A stretch of DNA of 63,893 nucleotides, counting the filler, from Reclinomonas americana ATCC 50394 (lineage: Eukaryota): assembly GCA_048213135.1 (NCBI GenBank). It is 13 parts of 13 records of this genome, joined end to end, with 100 filler letters (N's around TTAATTAATTAA, not from the genome) between each part and the next. Parts side by side here need not be neighbours in the genome. Positions count along the whole stretch, not along the records: positions 1 to 4,019 come from AFZH01018402.1; positions 4,120 to 7,979 come from AFZH01018403.1; positions 8,080 to 13,097 come from AFZH01018404.1; positions 13,198 to 15,946 come from AFZH01018405.1; 9 more parts are not named here. The stretch is one strand, 5' to 3'. Each line of letters starts with the position of its first letter. Within the stretch, counting starts at the first letter, position 1. The notes below the pieces were generated by a model. It was not told the DNA's origin and searched no databases. It was given only the letters and a program-made list of their open reading frames with translations. A program made the translations under genes and the position numbers. Positions 1 through 16,046 of the stretch are shown here, piece after piece.

Positions 1-1502
1 TTCCGCCTCCACTTCTGCCTGGTGATGCCTGGCTCGGTCGATGCTGAGCAGGCGACGTTTGACGTTCATGCCGTGCGCCACGACCACCGAGGAGACCTGC
101 GCGACAATCTCCAAGTCGGACCACAGCAGGCAACGCAGAGGCTCCAGCTCGGCGTTGATGGCAATGTGCGTGGCCAGCGAGTCCTCAACGAGCAGCTCCT
201 CCGGTGCACCGGGCAGCTCGTGCAGGGTGAACGAGTCGACGACGGCGAGCAGCAGTGGCTGCCAGTCGCGGAAGCGGTTGCGATCGACGACGAGCTTGCC
301 GACGGAGCTGTTCTCGCGCAGTGCTTCGCCAAGCACCGCAATGTCCTTGTCGACCAGCATGTTGCGGGCCAGCGACAGGAAACGCAGCGAGGCCGTGTAG
401 CGCAAGGTGTCGGCCAGAGCGCCGACCGTTCGTCCCGACAGCGCCTGGTCTGCAGCGAGAGAGGGCGAGGTCAGGGAGGTTGTGACAAGCCGAGCTGTAG
501 CTGTCGCCAGCCATCGCACCGAGAATGAGCTCCTCCAACGACGTGCTCTTTTCGACCGACTGCAGGAACGACTCGGCGACGGCGGGATTCGCTCGCAGTA
601 CTGCGCAAAGAAGGTGAGGGAATGTGTGGCGCACATGCGTGCGACAGAAGGCCGAGAATGACCTTGCGAGTCGGTGAGGTTGAGCACGCACAGACGCGAC
701 GGCCCCTCCGCCAACGCCACCACCGATCGCCGCGAATGCTCCAACACGCGTCCAAGAGCCGCAAACGCCGCCACCGGCAGCTCCAGCGACGCCAGATCCA
801 AGCGCAGCAGGGTTCCGTTGTTGCCGAGACCCTGCGACGATTGAGCACGTACACAAACACAGCGGGCAGGTACAAGTACAGTACCTCCTCGATTGCCTCG
901 CACAACTCGCGCGTCTCGACGGCGCTGCAGCCGCGACACGAGTTCCCCGGCCCACTCAGACTCAACGTGAACAGCGTCGTCTGCGCCCGCAGTGCCCGGA
1001 ACACCGCAGCGATGCCACGACACGCCAGTCGATTGCGATCCAGATGCAAGACGCGCAGGTGGACAAGTCCCCGCAGCGTGGCATCCACGAATTCGGCACT
1101 GCCCACCAGCACATTCTCATGCAACGAGAGAATACGCACAGGGTGGTGTGCGCACAGGTGAACCAACTCGATCCCACAGGCATCGTTGATCTGTTCATCG
1201 GAAGATCATGAGGCCCAAATACAGGTCGTCTCGTGTCAGCTCGACATTGGCGAAACTTTTCTTCGTTGCAGGCTCACGCGACTTATACGCCCTTCGCCGT
1301 CCTCCTCGTCTTCTGGTGTGCTCAGCAGTGCGCGAAGGCGATCCAAGTCGGCACACTCGGCAATCTCCTTTTCGCGCGTGGAGAACGCAAGCTGCGTGTG
1401 CGCCTCGCGTGAGCGGAGGAGAGCGCGCGTGCTCGCCGAGGCACTGGTGCTCTCGCCCGTTGCATCAACGTCCATGGGAGAAGCCGCTCCCTCGTCGCTC
1501 AT
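1..1502 (-). CDS. RNI-like leucine-rich repeat protein (spliced; 3' end runs off the window start)
   Basis: Spliced model MSDEGAASPMDVD...RVSLQRRK|INDACGIELVHLC...LRVLHLDRNRL...LLRLDLASLEL...LRFLSLARNMLVDKDIAVLGEALRENSSVGKLVVDRNRF contains repeated LxxLxLxxNxL motifs; about 4 short GT-AG introns. Confidence 0.75.
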
Positions 1503-1933
1503 GTTGTGAAAGAAATGTTTGTCCTGCGAGAGATGCCGCGCAATGTAGTGAGGCTTGCACGTGCAGCTGCCTGTAATGTTGCGTTATACCGCTGGTGGCG
1601 TGTGCTGCGTGTCTCGTGCGTGCTCAGGAGAGCTTCCAGTTGCAACGTCGACGTCGTCAATGCATTGTTGTGCTCGACGCAGCGGTTGCGCACAAGACAA
1701 CTGCGCGCTCTTTGCAATACACTGCGCATTACACCATTCCACTGGCTGTACGGAGAGCATATACTCTGTGAGAACATCGGCGATCGACGTCGCGAAGTAA
1801 CGGATACGTGTGACGCAAAATCAATCAGCATAGCACAATCACGCGCACACACACTCTCCTCTCTCTCTCTGTGTGTGTGCCTGTCTGTCTCTTAGTGTGT
1901 GTGTCTGCGCTCGTGCGTCTGTGACTTGCAGTC

Positions 1934-6496
<4,563 letters not shown>

Positions 6497-6607
6497 GCGG
6501 TGGCCAAAGGCGCGAAAGTGCTGATCCACCCACAGCCTTCGCCCCCCCTTTTTTGTTTTGTCTGAGTGTGCAGTGGAGTGAGAGAGAACCAATGAAGAGA
6601 GAAAATT

Positions 6608-7454
6608 ATGACGAAGTTGTGCACGCAGGACAGCTGCTGCCTGCAGGTGACACGTTGTGTGTGAGAGAGAGAGCGTGTGCGCGTGAGAATGGCAGATGCG
6701 GTGAGTGCGGAGAGTGTGTACGCACGAAGAAGGAGAGACTGTCTCTAATGTGCACCTTTGTGTGCATTTGTTCCGAACACATGCACACACACACTCTCTC
6801 ACTCGCACACACACACACTCACACAGGGAAGGAAAGAGAGAGAGAGAGAGAGAGATATAGAGAGAGTGCAGTAACAGTGTGCGAGAAGAGCGCGCGTGCC
6901 CTCACCATCATCCATCCCACCCTCACACTTACCCCCGCCAGTCGCCCCCCTCCTTCTCCTCGCGCTCACAGTACGGCTCCACCGTAAACTCGTCGTACGA
7001 GCGACTGACCATCACCGACTCGATTCCCGTCTGGTACCCCGTAACCGCCCCCAACTGCCTGACCTACGCCGCCATGCATTTCATTGTGCTCTCACCCTGC
7101 CTCATCTACACCAACGCCTACGCCCTGCTCGGTGCCAACAGCACTGCGCTGGCGGCAGTGTGGCTCGGAGTGGCCGGGTGTGTGGTGCTGCTGCTGTCGT
7201 GGCTGCTGGGCACGTGGGTCACGTGGCAGTCGGGCTCGGTGCTCTTTTCGGCGCTGTTTGCACTGGGCGGGGTGCTGTCGCTCGTCTCGCATGCGCTCGT
7301 GTGGAGCGCGTGGGACTACTTTTATGTGACGATGACGACGTATGGCATGACGACGAGTATTGGCTCGTCGTGCTTGTTTGCGTTTACGGCCTTGTTGCTG
7401 TTCATGGGCATTGTGGCGAGAGTGAGGGCGCAAAAGTGGGCAAAGGGCGTGTAA
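6608..7454 (+). CDS. Small multi-pass membrane protein of unknown function (first exon tentative)
   Basis: Exon 6971-7454 after an acceptor (ctcacag) encodes about 4 hydrophobic helices ending ARVRAQKWAKGV*; possible first exon MTKLCTQDSCCLQ|gtgac joins in phase 0. Confidence 0.5.
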
Positions 7455-7865
7455 ATCGGCGGTTGTTCCACGCGCTTGCTGGGAATTCCGATGTGTATGT
7501 CTCCCCTAATTCCGATCAGAATGTAAACGTGGGCTTTATTGCTTCGCTTGGAGGGAAACATGTGGAGGAATCGGAGAGTGGGTGAGTCTATGTTGGCCGC
7601 CACTGTGGTGCTGGCCGCGCGCTGCTGGTCCGACCCGCGACCATCGGCGGTGTTTCTGTGTTCTTTTACTGAACGATAGACTGGCGCTCAGACGAGGATT
7701 CGGCGGCGACAGATGATAACCTACTCACGGAGTCGAGCTGTGGGAGCAGCTGCAGGCTCTCTGTCATGCTGAGCGATGTAAGATGCCTACTGCCGTCAGC
7801 AGTCAGTGTCCCGTGCCGCGCACCTGCAGTCAGTTGTTGTATGGGTCTACCTCGAGAAGCATGTG
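7175..7865 (+). repeat. ~0.7 kb direct duplication, copy 1
   Basis: Near-identical to 13455-14165 (a few substitutions plus one 20-nt indel). Confidence 0.95.
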
Positions 7866-7945
7866 CTCCTTCTCACGATCAGCGTTTCGAGTTGGTTTCA
7901 ATCAAAGCGGAAACACAGTATTCACTGCAGCTGGCTGGTCGCAAC

Positions 7946-7979
<34 letters not shown>

Positions 7980-8173
7980 NNNNNNNNNNNNNNNNNNNNN
8001 NNNNNNNNNNNNNNNNNNNNNNNTTAATTAATTAANNNNNNNNNNNNNNNNNNNNNNNNNNNNNNNNNNNNNNNNNNNNTTACGGTTTACGGGTTTACGT
8101 TAACGTTAACGTAAACGAACGGAAACGAACGAACGTAAGTTACTACTCGTCGACGCGTCGTCGTCGTCGCACA

Positions 8174-8223
<50 letters not shown>

Positions 8224-8259
8224 CACGACACTCAAGCCACGTTCGTCGGCACCGCGCTC

Positions 8260-10315
8260 TCACGGCGGTGGCAAGAGGCACTGCAGGCTCTTGAAAATGC
8301 TGCACTGGCCAGTTGTCAGACACGCTGCCACGACGCGTGAGTCGTTGCTGCTGTCAATAGAGGACCAGGTGCCGCTGATGCCAGCCGCGTACCACGTGAC
8401 ACCACCGTCGAGGGAGACATATATGTCACCGGATCCAGGAATAGAGTAGCTACCATAAGCAGGCGCAAAGAAGCGCGCATCGCTATACGTCACACTCGAA
8501 ATGTTGATGTCTCTCGGGTTGAACGAGCTGGGAGTCCCCCACGTTGCACCACCGTCAGTCGAGACGTCGATGACGGCATTGTTTGTATAGTCCAACGCCA
8601 GCAGGCGACTGCCATCAGCACCACCGTCAAGTGCCCCGATGAACCTGTCGGAGACCTTGGTCCACGTCGCCCCGGCATCTGCTGATGTGTACACGCCACT
8701 GAAGAGGGTGCTGGCCACAATCTTCGAGCCATCAGTCGACACAAATACGGCAATCGCGAACTGGAAATCTAGACCCGGGACTGCAGACCAGGTGGCGCCG
8801 CCGTCGCCACTCGCGGTGATGTCGCCGGACTCAAAACGCACAGCGATCACCGATCCGTTGCCGCTCACTGCGACCTGCCGCGGTACCGACCCGCCGCTGC
8901 TGTACGTGGCTAGGGTCCACGTCGAACCGCCGTCAGTGGAGATGTAGGTGCCGAGACTGTCTGCATCAATACTGTTCACTGCCATCGTCGAGCCGTCGTT
9001 GCTGATTGCAGGCGTAGAGAATGACGCGGCAGCATTCACAACCGTCGATGCCGTCCATGTCGCGCCGGCGTCGGTGCTGGTGTACACGTTAAAGATATCG
9101 GTGTACAGCATGGTCTGTCCGTCGCCGCTGATAACGATATTCGCTGAACCTCCCGACGCATTCGCCCCAGCTGGAGAGACATTGGTCACGACGCAAGCGC
9201 CCTCGCACGACGTCTGCAGACCAGCCAGACCCGCGCACACCGGCTTGTCATTGGCACACGCCGTCTTCACCGTCGCCCCATTCACGCACGTCAGCACGCT
9301 CATCTGATCTGCCGCGCACACCGACTGGCCCGCCGTCAGCGAGCACCGACTGCAGTCCGATCCGAAGAAGCCAGTCGCGCATCGCGGTGTGGCTCCCGGT
9401 CGTGCACGACCAATCGCCACCCAGGTCACGTACGTCTCGTTGGTGGCACCCGGATCGGCCGTCTGGAACGTGAAGCCGGTCACATACGTGTCGTTGTTGA
9501 CGACGGCCGTGGTCAGTTGGACTGAACTGTTCAACACTTGGTGCTGGATCGACTGTGCGGCCGGCGACTTCCAGCCGCGCAAGAACAGCTGCACCGACAC
9601 GGTGCTGGCCAGCAGTCCGTTCGGTGTGTCATGCGACACGAGACTGACGGTGGCGGTCAGCGACTGGCTGGTGTGCGTCGTCTCTGGTGAGAAACAAGGA
9701 CGTGAGTATCATCAAATTCACTTGCCAAGCAAAGCAACGGTGTACAACTCACCGCCTGAGCGCATCACAAATCCACTCAAGTTGGTGGCGTCCTCACGAG
9801 CGGGCGCGACAATCACACGTGCCACAATTCTCTCGACCAGCGAGTTGCCGGCGACCGTGCCTTGCACGTTGGCGTTGAAACGCGACGTGGAGCCGATGGA
9901 CAGCGCAAAGTTGTCACCGTGAATGTCGGCGGACGAGCCGCGAGAGTCCTTGCGGAACGTGTGCACACCGAGCAGCGCGGTGGTGTACGTCGGAACCGTG
10001 GAGAATGGGTACACGGCCGAGACGCTGCGCGGCTGCATGCAGAGTAGGGAGGGAGGGAGGGAGAGAAGAGAGTGTGCGTGAGAACGAATGATTGACCATT
10101 GAGAAACGTTAACAGGAATATTAACAACACAGATTGGCGACGATTGCACGAACCGACTTGGCAATGCGGTCGGAAGACTTGGCAGACACCCACGCCTTGT
10201 CGGTCAGCGACACCTGAGTGTCCAAGCTGAATGCATATGTGTGGTGCACATAGTATGCCAGGTACGCTGCGAACGCATCAGCATTTCTCAGCACACACGC
10301 ACAAACACACACACA

Positions 10316-10411
<96 letters not shown>

Positions 10412-12158
10412 ATGTTTGGTGACTGTGCCACACGCAACTCAGAGTAAAGGTGGGCGTCGGAGCACCAGTGGTGGTGATGATGGTGCATGCAGTTGTCAAC
10501 GACTGCGTGGTGATTTTCGGCTCCGAGCAGCGAATGGCGGTGTCGCTGGCCGACGTGCCGCCACTGAAGCTGTTGTCGTACTGCGTCAGTCCAAGCAACA
10601 CGCGCGGACGCCGGTAGAAGCTGCGCGAGAAGGTGAACGGCACGGTGGTGCGGCTGGTCGTCGTCGACAGCACGTGCACGTGAGTCGTCGGGTTCGGGGC
10701 CGCTGCGTTCACACTGATGGTCTGGCTCGAAATCTGACCGGCTTGCACGTCGAACCCCGATGTCAGCTTCTCGCCGGAATCGACATACGCTCCGTTGTTG
10801 ATGGCCACACACAGGCGCAGTGCAGTGCCGCCAGTGATGGCGTTGGGTGTCACCGACATACGGAAGCGACTGCAACCGTACGGCGATCCGCAGCCGCTGG
10901 GACCGAGAGACGAAGCACTAGCACCAGCACTGCCTGCGACAGTGTCGTAGATGGCTGTGGCGCTGCAGTCCTGATCGATGTTGACGACCTTGAAGCTGGT
11001 GCAGCTGGTGAATCCGAGCGACGGTGAGCCAATGTACACATTGTTGGGTTTGCCGAACTCGAGGACAGGCGGGTTGACGAATGACACCGTCGGTGTGGTG
11101 GTATCAGTGATGATGATACGAGCGCCTGAAATCGGGTTCTGGTAGCTGGCCTGCTGGAATCTGCCGATAGAGAGGTTAGGCCAAGTGTGAATGCAGGTGC
11201 TGCTTCAGGTAGCACAGAGTACGCACTTGCCACACAGGTAGTAAATGCCTGGAGTGGCGAGTGCACACGAGCCGAACGCCGTCGCGCCGAGCGCGCCCTG
11301 CTTGAAGCCGGAGCCGGTGGAGATGTTGAAGATGAGACTCTGCGGGCGTTGACCCAGGGGAAGCAATGTGACACTGGTGCTGGAGGGAGTGCTGCCAGAG
11401 CAGTTGGGGGCATTGGACAGTGAGAATGCAGCGCCAGGATTTCCACTGCCGGTGACGGGGAAGTGATTGCCGTGAATGGTGATTGCTGACGATGCGAGGC
11501 CGACGATGAGCTGGATGTCGGACGCCGGTGTGACGGCGTCTGCGCCGCAACCACCGCAGAGAGTGAGAAAAAGGCAACGGTGAGCTGCAAATTTAGAGTT
11601 CACCAAAACGCAACAGACGGACACGTCGGCCACGACGCGCAGCTTGGCGGCGGAACCGTCGCCGTCGTCGTCGGCACACAGGAAGTAGTCGCCGCCGGTA
11701 AGGTCGGCAGTGGAATTCAAGTCAACGTACACATCGGAGCCAAACGCACCACCACCAAAGCTGCTGGCAACCACCGTCGGAGACGGCACGGTGCAACCGG
11801 CATCGCGGTAGACGCCAATTGTCGACACCTGGAAATCGTAGCCGTCACCAGCGGGCAGAGTGAAGGTCAATGACGGGTTGGACATGTTGGCCGCGAGGCC
11901 CACGGTCGGGGGCGACCAGACTGCACAAAGAAAGGGAAAGGCGCGAAAAGTGAATGAATGCAACGGTCATTCACCGCACAAAACGCGTGTGTGTGTGCAT
12001 GTCAACCTATACACTGAGAACGAGCGACAGACGGTTTTGTGCGAACAGCGCAGCAACCACATGCACGCACCAGCATTCACAGAAGAGGCGCCAAGGGTGA
12101 GAGCGATGACAAGAATCGCCACGAGAGGCACGGTGACTCGATGGCGAGGCACCGTCAT
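8260..12158 (-). CDS. Secreted modular protein: signal peptide, beta-rich N-terminal domains, H-type lectin-like domains, Cys-rich linker, BNR/Asp-box beta-propeller
   Basis: Signal MTVPRHRVTVPLVAILVIALTLGASSVNA; VPFTFSRSFYRRPRVLLGLTQYD (H-lectin-like); CATGFFGSDCSRC; at least 6 SxDxGxTW Asp-boxes in the last exon. Confidence 0.75.
10303..10409. repeat. (CA)n microsatellite, intronic
   Basis: Directly visible; similar tracts at ~23285-23363, 25376-25541, 62985-63057. Confidence 0.9.
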
Positions 12159-12961
12159 TGCGTGTGCGTGTGAAAATAGAGGAGTGGAGGACTGAGAGTG
12201 GCAAACTCGAGCGATATCGCTACCGCGCGCTGCGCAACAACAAAACAAATAATGATGAACTTACCGTTACAATTATAACGTTACCTGCGGGTGCGGATTT
12301 ACGCGCGCGCGACTCTGCGAATCACTATATATGTGCGGCTGCTGCGTTTCTGCAGCCGATGCTGGGTCGATCACGATGCTGTTGCGTGTTTCCTGCGTCC
12401 GCTCTGAATGCAACAAAGTGCAGTTGTCGGCTACCGCCACCTCCAGGTTTTAATTGCTCGCTTTCATCAGTTTCACGTGCACGTGAGGTTCGACACGCGC
12501 GCTGCGGTGTCACTCCTCAGGGTGCCCCGGTGTCACCACCCACTCGTGTTCCCAAGTGACAAAAACAAACAGACAGACACTGCAGGAGGTGGTGCGTGAC
12601 AGCAGTGTAAATGACGACGACGACAACAGGGAGAGGCAATGAGAGAGAAGAACGGGGAAGGATCGAGGGCGCAGGGTGAGACAAGGCGCTGCGCATGCAA
12701 AGGGAGAGAGAGAAAGAGAGCATGATGAAAGGAGAGTATCCAAGGTGCACGGAGACCAAGGCCACACGGGAGAGCAATAGAGAGGCGGATGGTGAGAGAA
12801 GGCGACAGGAGGGCGGCCAACCTTCCTCAAGTAGAACTTCTTACACCGGGTTCCACGATCTTGTCGCTCTTGTCAATGACACGTGTTGTTCTTGAAGAGG
12901 ACCTGCTGAGTGAGACTGGATGAAACTCGAGGAAGGAGAGCGAGTGTGTGAGAAAAAGAGC

Positions 12962-13006
<45 letters not shown>

Positions 13007-13293
13007 TAGTTGTCTGTCGTAGGTACCGGACCGAAGGCGGAGTAGGTACGGTACAGCAGAGTAGTTGGCGACGTATTGCACGAACCGTACGTTCGGCNNN
13101 NNNNNNNNNNNNNNNNNNNNNNNNNNNNNNNNNNNNNNNNNTTAATTAATTAANNNNNNNNNNNNNNNNNNNNNNNNNNNNNNNNNNNNNNNNNNNNAGA
13201 GAGAGAGAGTAGTTGTGTGTGTGGAGAGTAGAACGACGAACAAACATGCATGTGTAGTGGTGGGAGGAGAGTAGTGCGGAGGAGGCGTAGACG

Positions 13294-13338
<45 letters not shown>

Positions 13339-13454
13339 CTCCTCTCCTCATCATGCAAGTCCTCAACCTTCTTGTTGCCCGAGTGGCACTCGCAACAGCC
13401 ATCGTTCCTGTTCTCTTCTCCCCACTCACACTGGTACGCATACTGGGTGTAACA

Positions 13455-14165
13455 CGGGTGTGTGGTGCTGCTGCTGTCGTGGCTGCTGGGCACGTGGGTC
13501 ACGTGGCAGTCGGTCTCGGTGCTCTTTTCGGCGCTGTTTGCACTGGGCGGGGTGCTGTCGCTCGTCTCGCATGCGCTCGTGTGGAGCGCGTGGGATTACT
13601 TTTATGTGACGATGACGACGTATGGCATGACGGCGTGCATTGGCTCGTCGTGTTTGTTTGCGTTTACGGCCTTGTTGCTGTTCATGGGCATTGTGGCGAG
13701 AGTGAGGGCGCAAAAGTGGGCAAAGGGCGTGTAAATCGGCGGTTGTTCCACGCGCTTGCTGGGAATTCCGATGTGTATGTCTCTTGTTCCACTCCCTTGT
13801 ATCCCCTAATTCCGATCAGAATGTAAACGTGGGCTTTATTGCTTCGCTTGGAGGGAAACATGTGGAGGAATCGGAGAGTGGGTGAGTCTATGTTGGCCGC
13901 CACTGTGGTGCTGGCCGCGCGCTGCTGGTCCGACCCGCGACCATCGGCGGTGTTTCTGTGTTCTTTTACTGAACGATAGACTGGCGCTCAGACGAGGATT
14001 CGGCGGCGACAGATGATAACCTACTCACGGAGTCGAGCTGTGGGAGCAGCTGCAGGCTCTCTGTCATGCTGAGCGATGTAAGATGCCTGCTGCCGTCAGC
14101 AGTCAGTGTCCCGTGCCGCGCACCTGCAGTCAGTTGTTGTATGGGTCTACCTTGAGAAGCATGTG
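13455..14165 (+). repeat. ~0.7 kb direct duplication, copy 2, carrying the truncated 3' half of the membrane-protein ORF (13462-13734)
   Basis: Alignment with 7175-7865; upstream sequence is unrelated. Confidence 0.9.
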
Positions 14166-14291
14166 AGATGAATTGATAATAGCTCGTTAACGCCAGCCGT
14201 ATATACTGGCAATGTATGGGTTGTACGCGTATCCTTTCGTGTGGTGTTGCGTCTGTTTGTGCTTAACTGCTGACGGTGGAGATCCAGAGCG

Positions 14292-15633
14292 CTATCCAAT
14301 GATGGCACCGCCACCAGCGCCATATCCAGCGAGCCCTTTCGCTTGTGAGGCCTTGAGCAAATCTCGCATCTCCTGAAGAACCACAAGCGTCTCGGCGGCA
14401 ACCGCGGCGCCAACGTTTCCGCTGTTATCGGTGGTACCAGCCTGCCCGGTTGAGGACTGGGGTGCAGCGCCTGTTGTGGGTTGTGGTGGCGTCGGCGACG
14501 ATGAGCTGCTGCCAGCAACAGCCTGAGACCTTTGCAGTGATGCCTCCCCTGTCGGCAGCGCGGCAGGTTAGTGACGGGCAGCGACGAAGAACAGAAGCAC
14601 GCCTGATCTATCACCCACTCTTGTCGCCGACGATTCTCCGCAAGAATTCGAACGGGTGCGGCAGATCTGTAACCAATCGCTATGCGTCAGATACCCATGT
14701 CGGAAGAGTGCAGTAACTGGATTCGCATTCACCCGTTTCGACGTCCTCTGCGGCGCTATTTCTGGCGGCAACGGAAGCGGCCTTTGCCTTGTCTAGTTCC
14801 AGGGCTGCGCACACACGACAACAAACACAGACGCAGACCATGAGGCGCACTATGCGTGTCCATGTCAGGAGAGACTCCGGCACGGTACCTCGATCCCACC
14901 ACTGCTGCGGGATGAATTCGGCTGAGCCGGACCTTCTACAGTCGTCCAGCGTCGGCAGGGTACGCGAACAGACTTGAGCAAGCTGCGCCCGTTTCGCCAC
15001 CGCCGCTTCGGCACGCCGCTGCTGAATGCGCAGCCACTTCTCGTCAGCAGCTGCCAGGCCTGGCGTTTCAGGCGGCAGGTGCTGTGGCGGCAACGGCGAC
15101 TGCGGCGACAGCGGGTGCTCAAGTCGTTGCTGTTGTTGCCCAGCGCGCCCATCGGCCTCCTACAGACAGCCACCGACGCGTCAGAGGCCTAGGGCCCGGG
15201 GACAAGGTGACTGTAGACACACAACACACACACACACCTCCTGCAGACATTCGTGACTACGTTCGTCGTCCAACAGTTGTGCTGACAACGCATAGCCCCA
15301 GGGGCGGGCGAAGCCTTTGATGACGAGGGGGTCAGTGGCCGCATCGGGGTTCTCCCAGCACACCAAACAGGTGGCAGCGGTCGCCAGCGCAGAGGCATGG
15401 AGTGAAGGCACCACTCCCAAGTCTTGCTCGGTGACCTCGTCAATCACATGCACGTTGCTGAACGCATTGAAGGCAGGGGTGTAGCGGTGGCGCGGGGGAT
15501 TGAGCACGAGCTCGAAGAGGCGCACGCCGGCCTTCAGGGATGACACAAGCCGCTCTTCCTCTTTTTCGTCATTCAGCTTGAGCACTCGCACGAGCAGGCG
15601 AAAGCCGTCGCGCTCGATTGCGTCGGTGCTCAT
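14292..15633 (-). CDS. Hypothetical protein (spliced): globular N-terminus, coiled-coil and low-complexity C-terminus
   Basis: MSTDAIERDGFRLLVRVLKL...ECLQE|EADGRAGQQQQRLE...WLRIQQRRAEAAVAKR...VVLQEMRDLLKASQAKGLAGYGAGGGAIIG*; no family recognised. Confidence 0.55.
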
Positions 15634-15751
15634 GGAAGTGGACACACGCAGAGGAAACGCTCAGTTTACAGTAATTGAAGCTTAAATTAAACGAGGGATG
15701 TGAACCTGAACGCATCCATTCATTCGTTGCTTATTTTTCTTCGCTCCTCTC

Positions 15752-15885
15752 TCAGAGCAATCCCTGCTTCTTCATCAGCTCAAACGTCTTGCGTGGAATA
15801 ACATTGCCATTGGCATCCTCAAACTCCTCCTCGGTATCCGGTCGGAATGTGTCCTCCACCGTCTGCTTCTTCAGCTTCTCGTACA
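15752..15885 (-). CDS. SF3A3: Splicing factor 3A subunit 3 (Prp9/SAP61), last exon only; the rest lies in the gap
   Basis: YEKLKKQTVEDTFRPDTEEEFEDANGNVIPRKTFELMKKQGLL* matches the conserved SF3A3 C-terminus (EEEYEDSxGNVVxKKTYEDLKRQGLL). Confidence 0.85.
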
Positions 15886-16046
15886 CTGCGAAGCAAGAAA
15901 TAAGTGAGAGGCTCGTAAACAACCACACAAGTGGCAGGCGGGGGGCNNNNNNNNNNNNNNNNNNNNNNNNNNNNNNNNNNNNNNNNNNNNTTAATTAATT
16001 AANNNNNNNNNNNNNNNNNNNNNNNNNNNNNNNNNNNNNNNNNNNN

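Noticed and set aside
8080..8170. Odd TACG/AACG-rich quasi-repeats at contig ends (also ~13010-13097, 41746-41785, 62883-62980)
   Set aside because: Occur only next to gaps after microsatellites and resemble pyrosequencing flow-order (TACG) noise; not telomeres or elements
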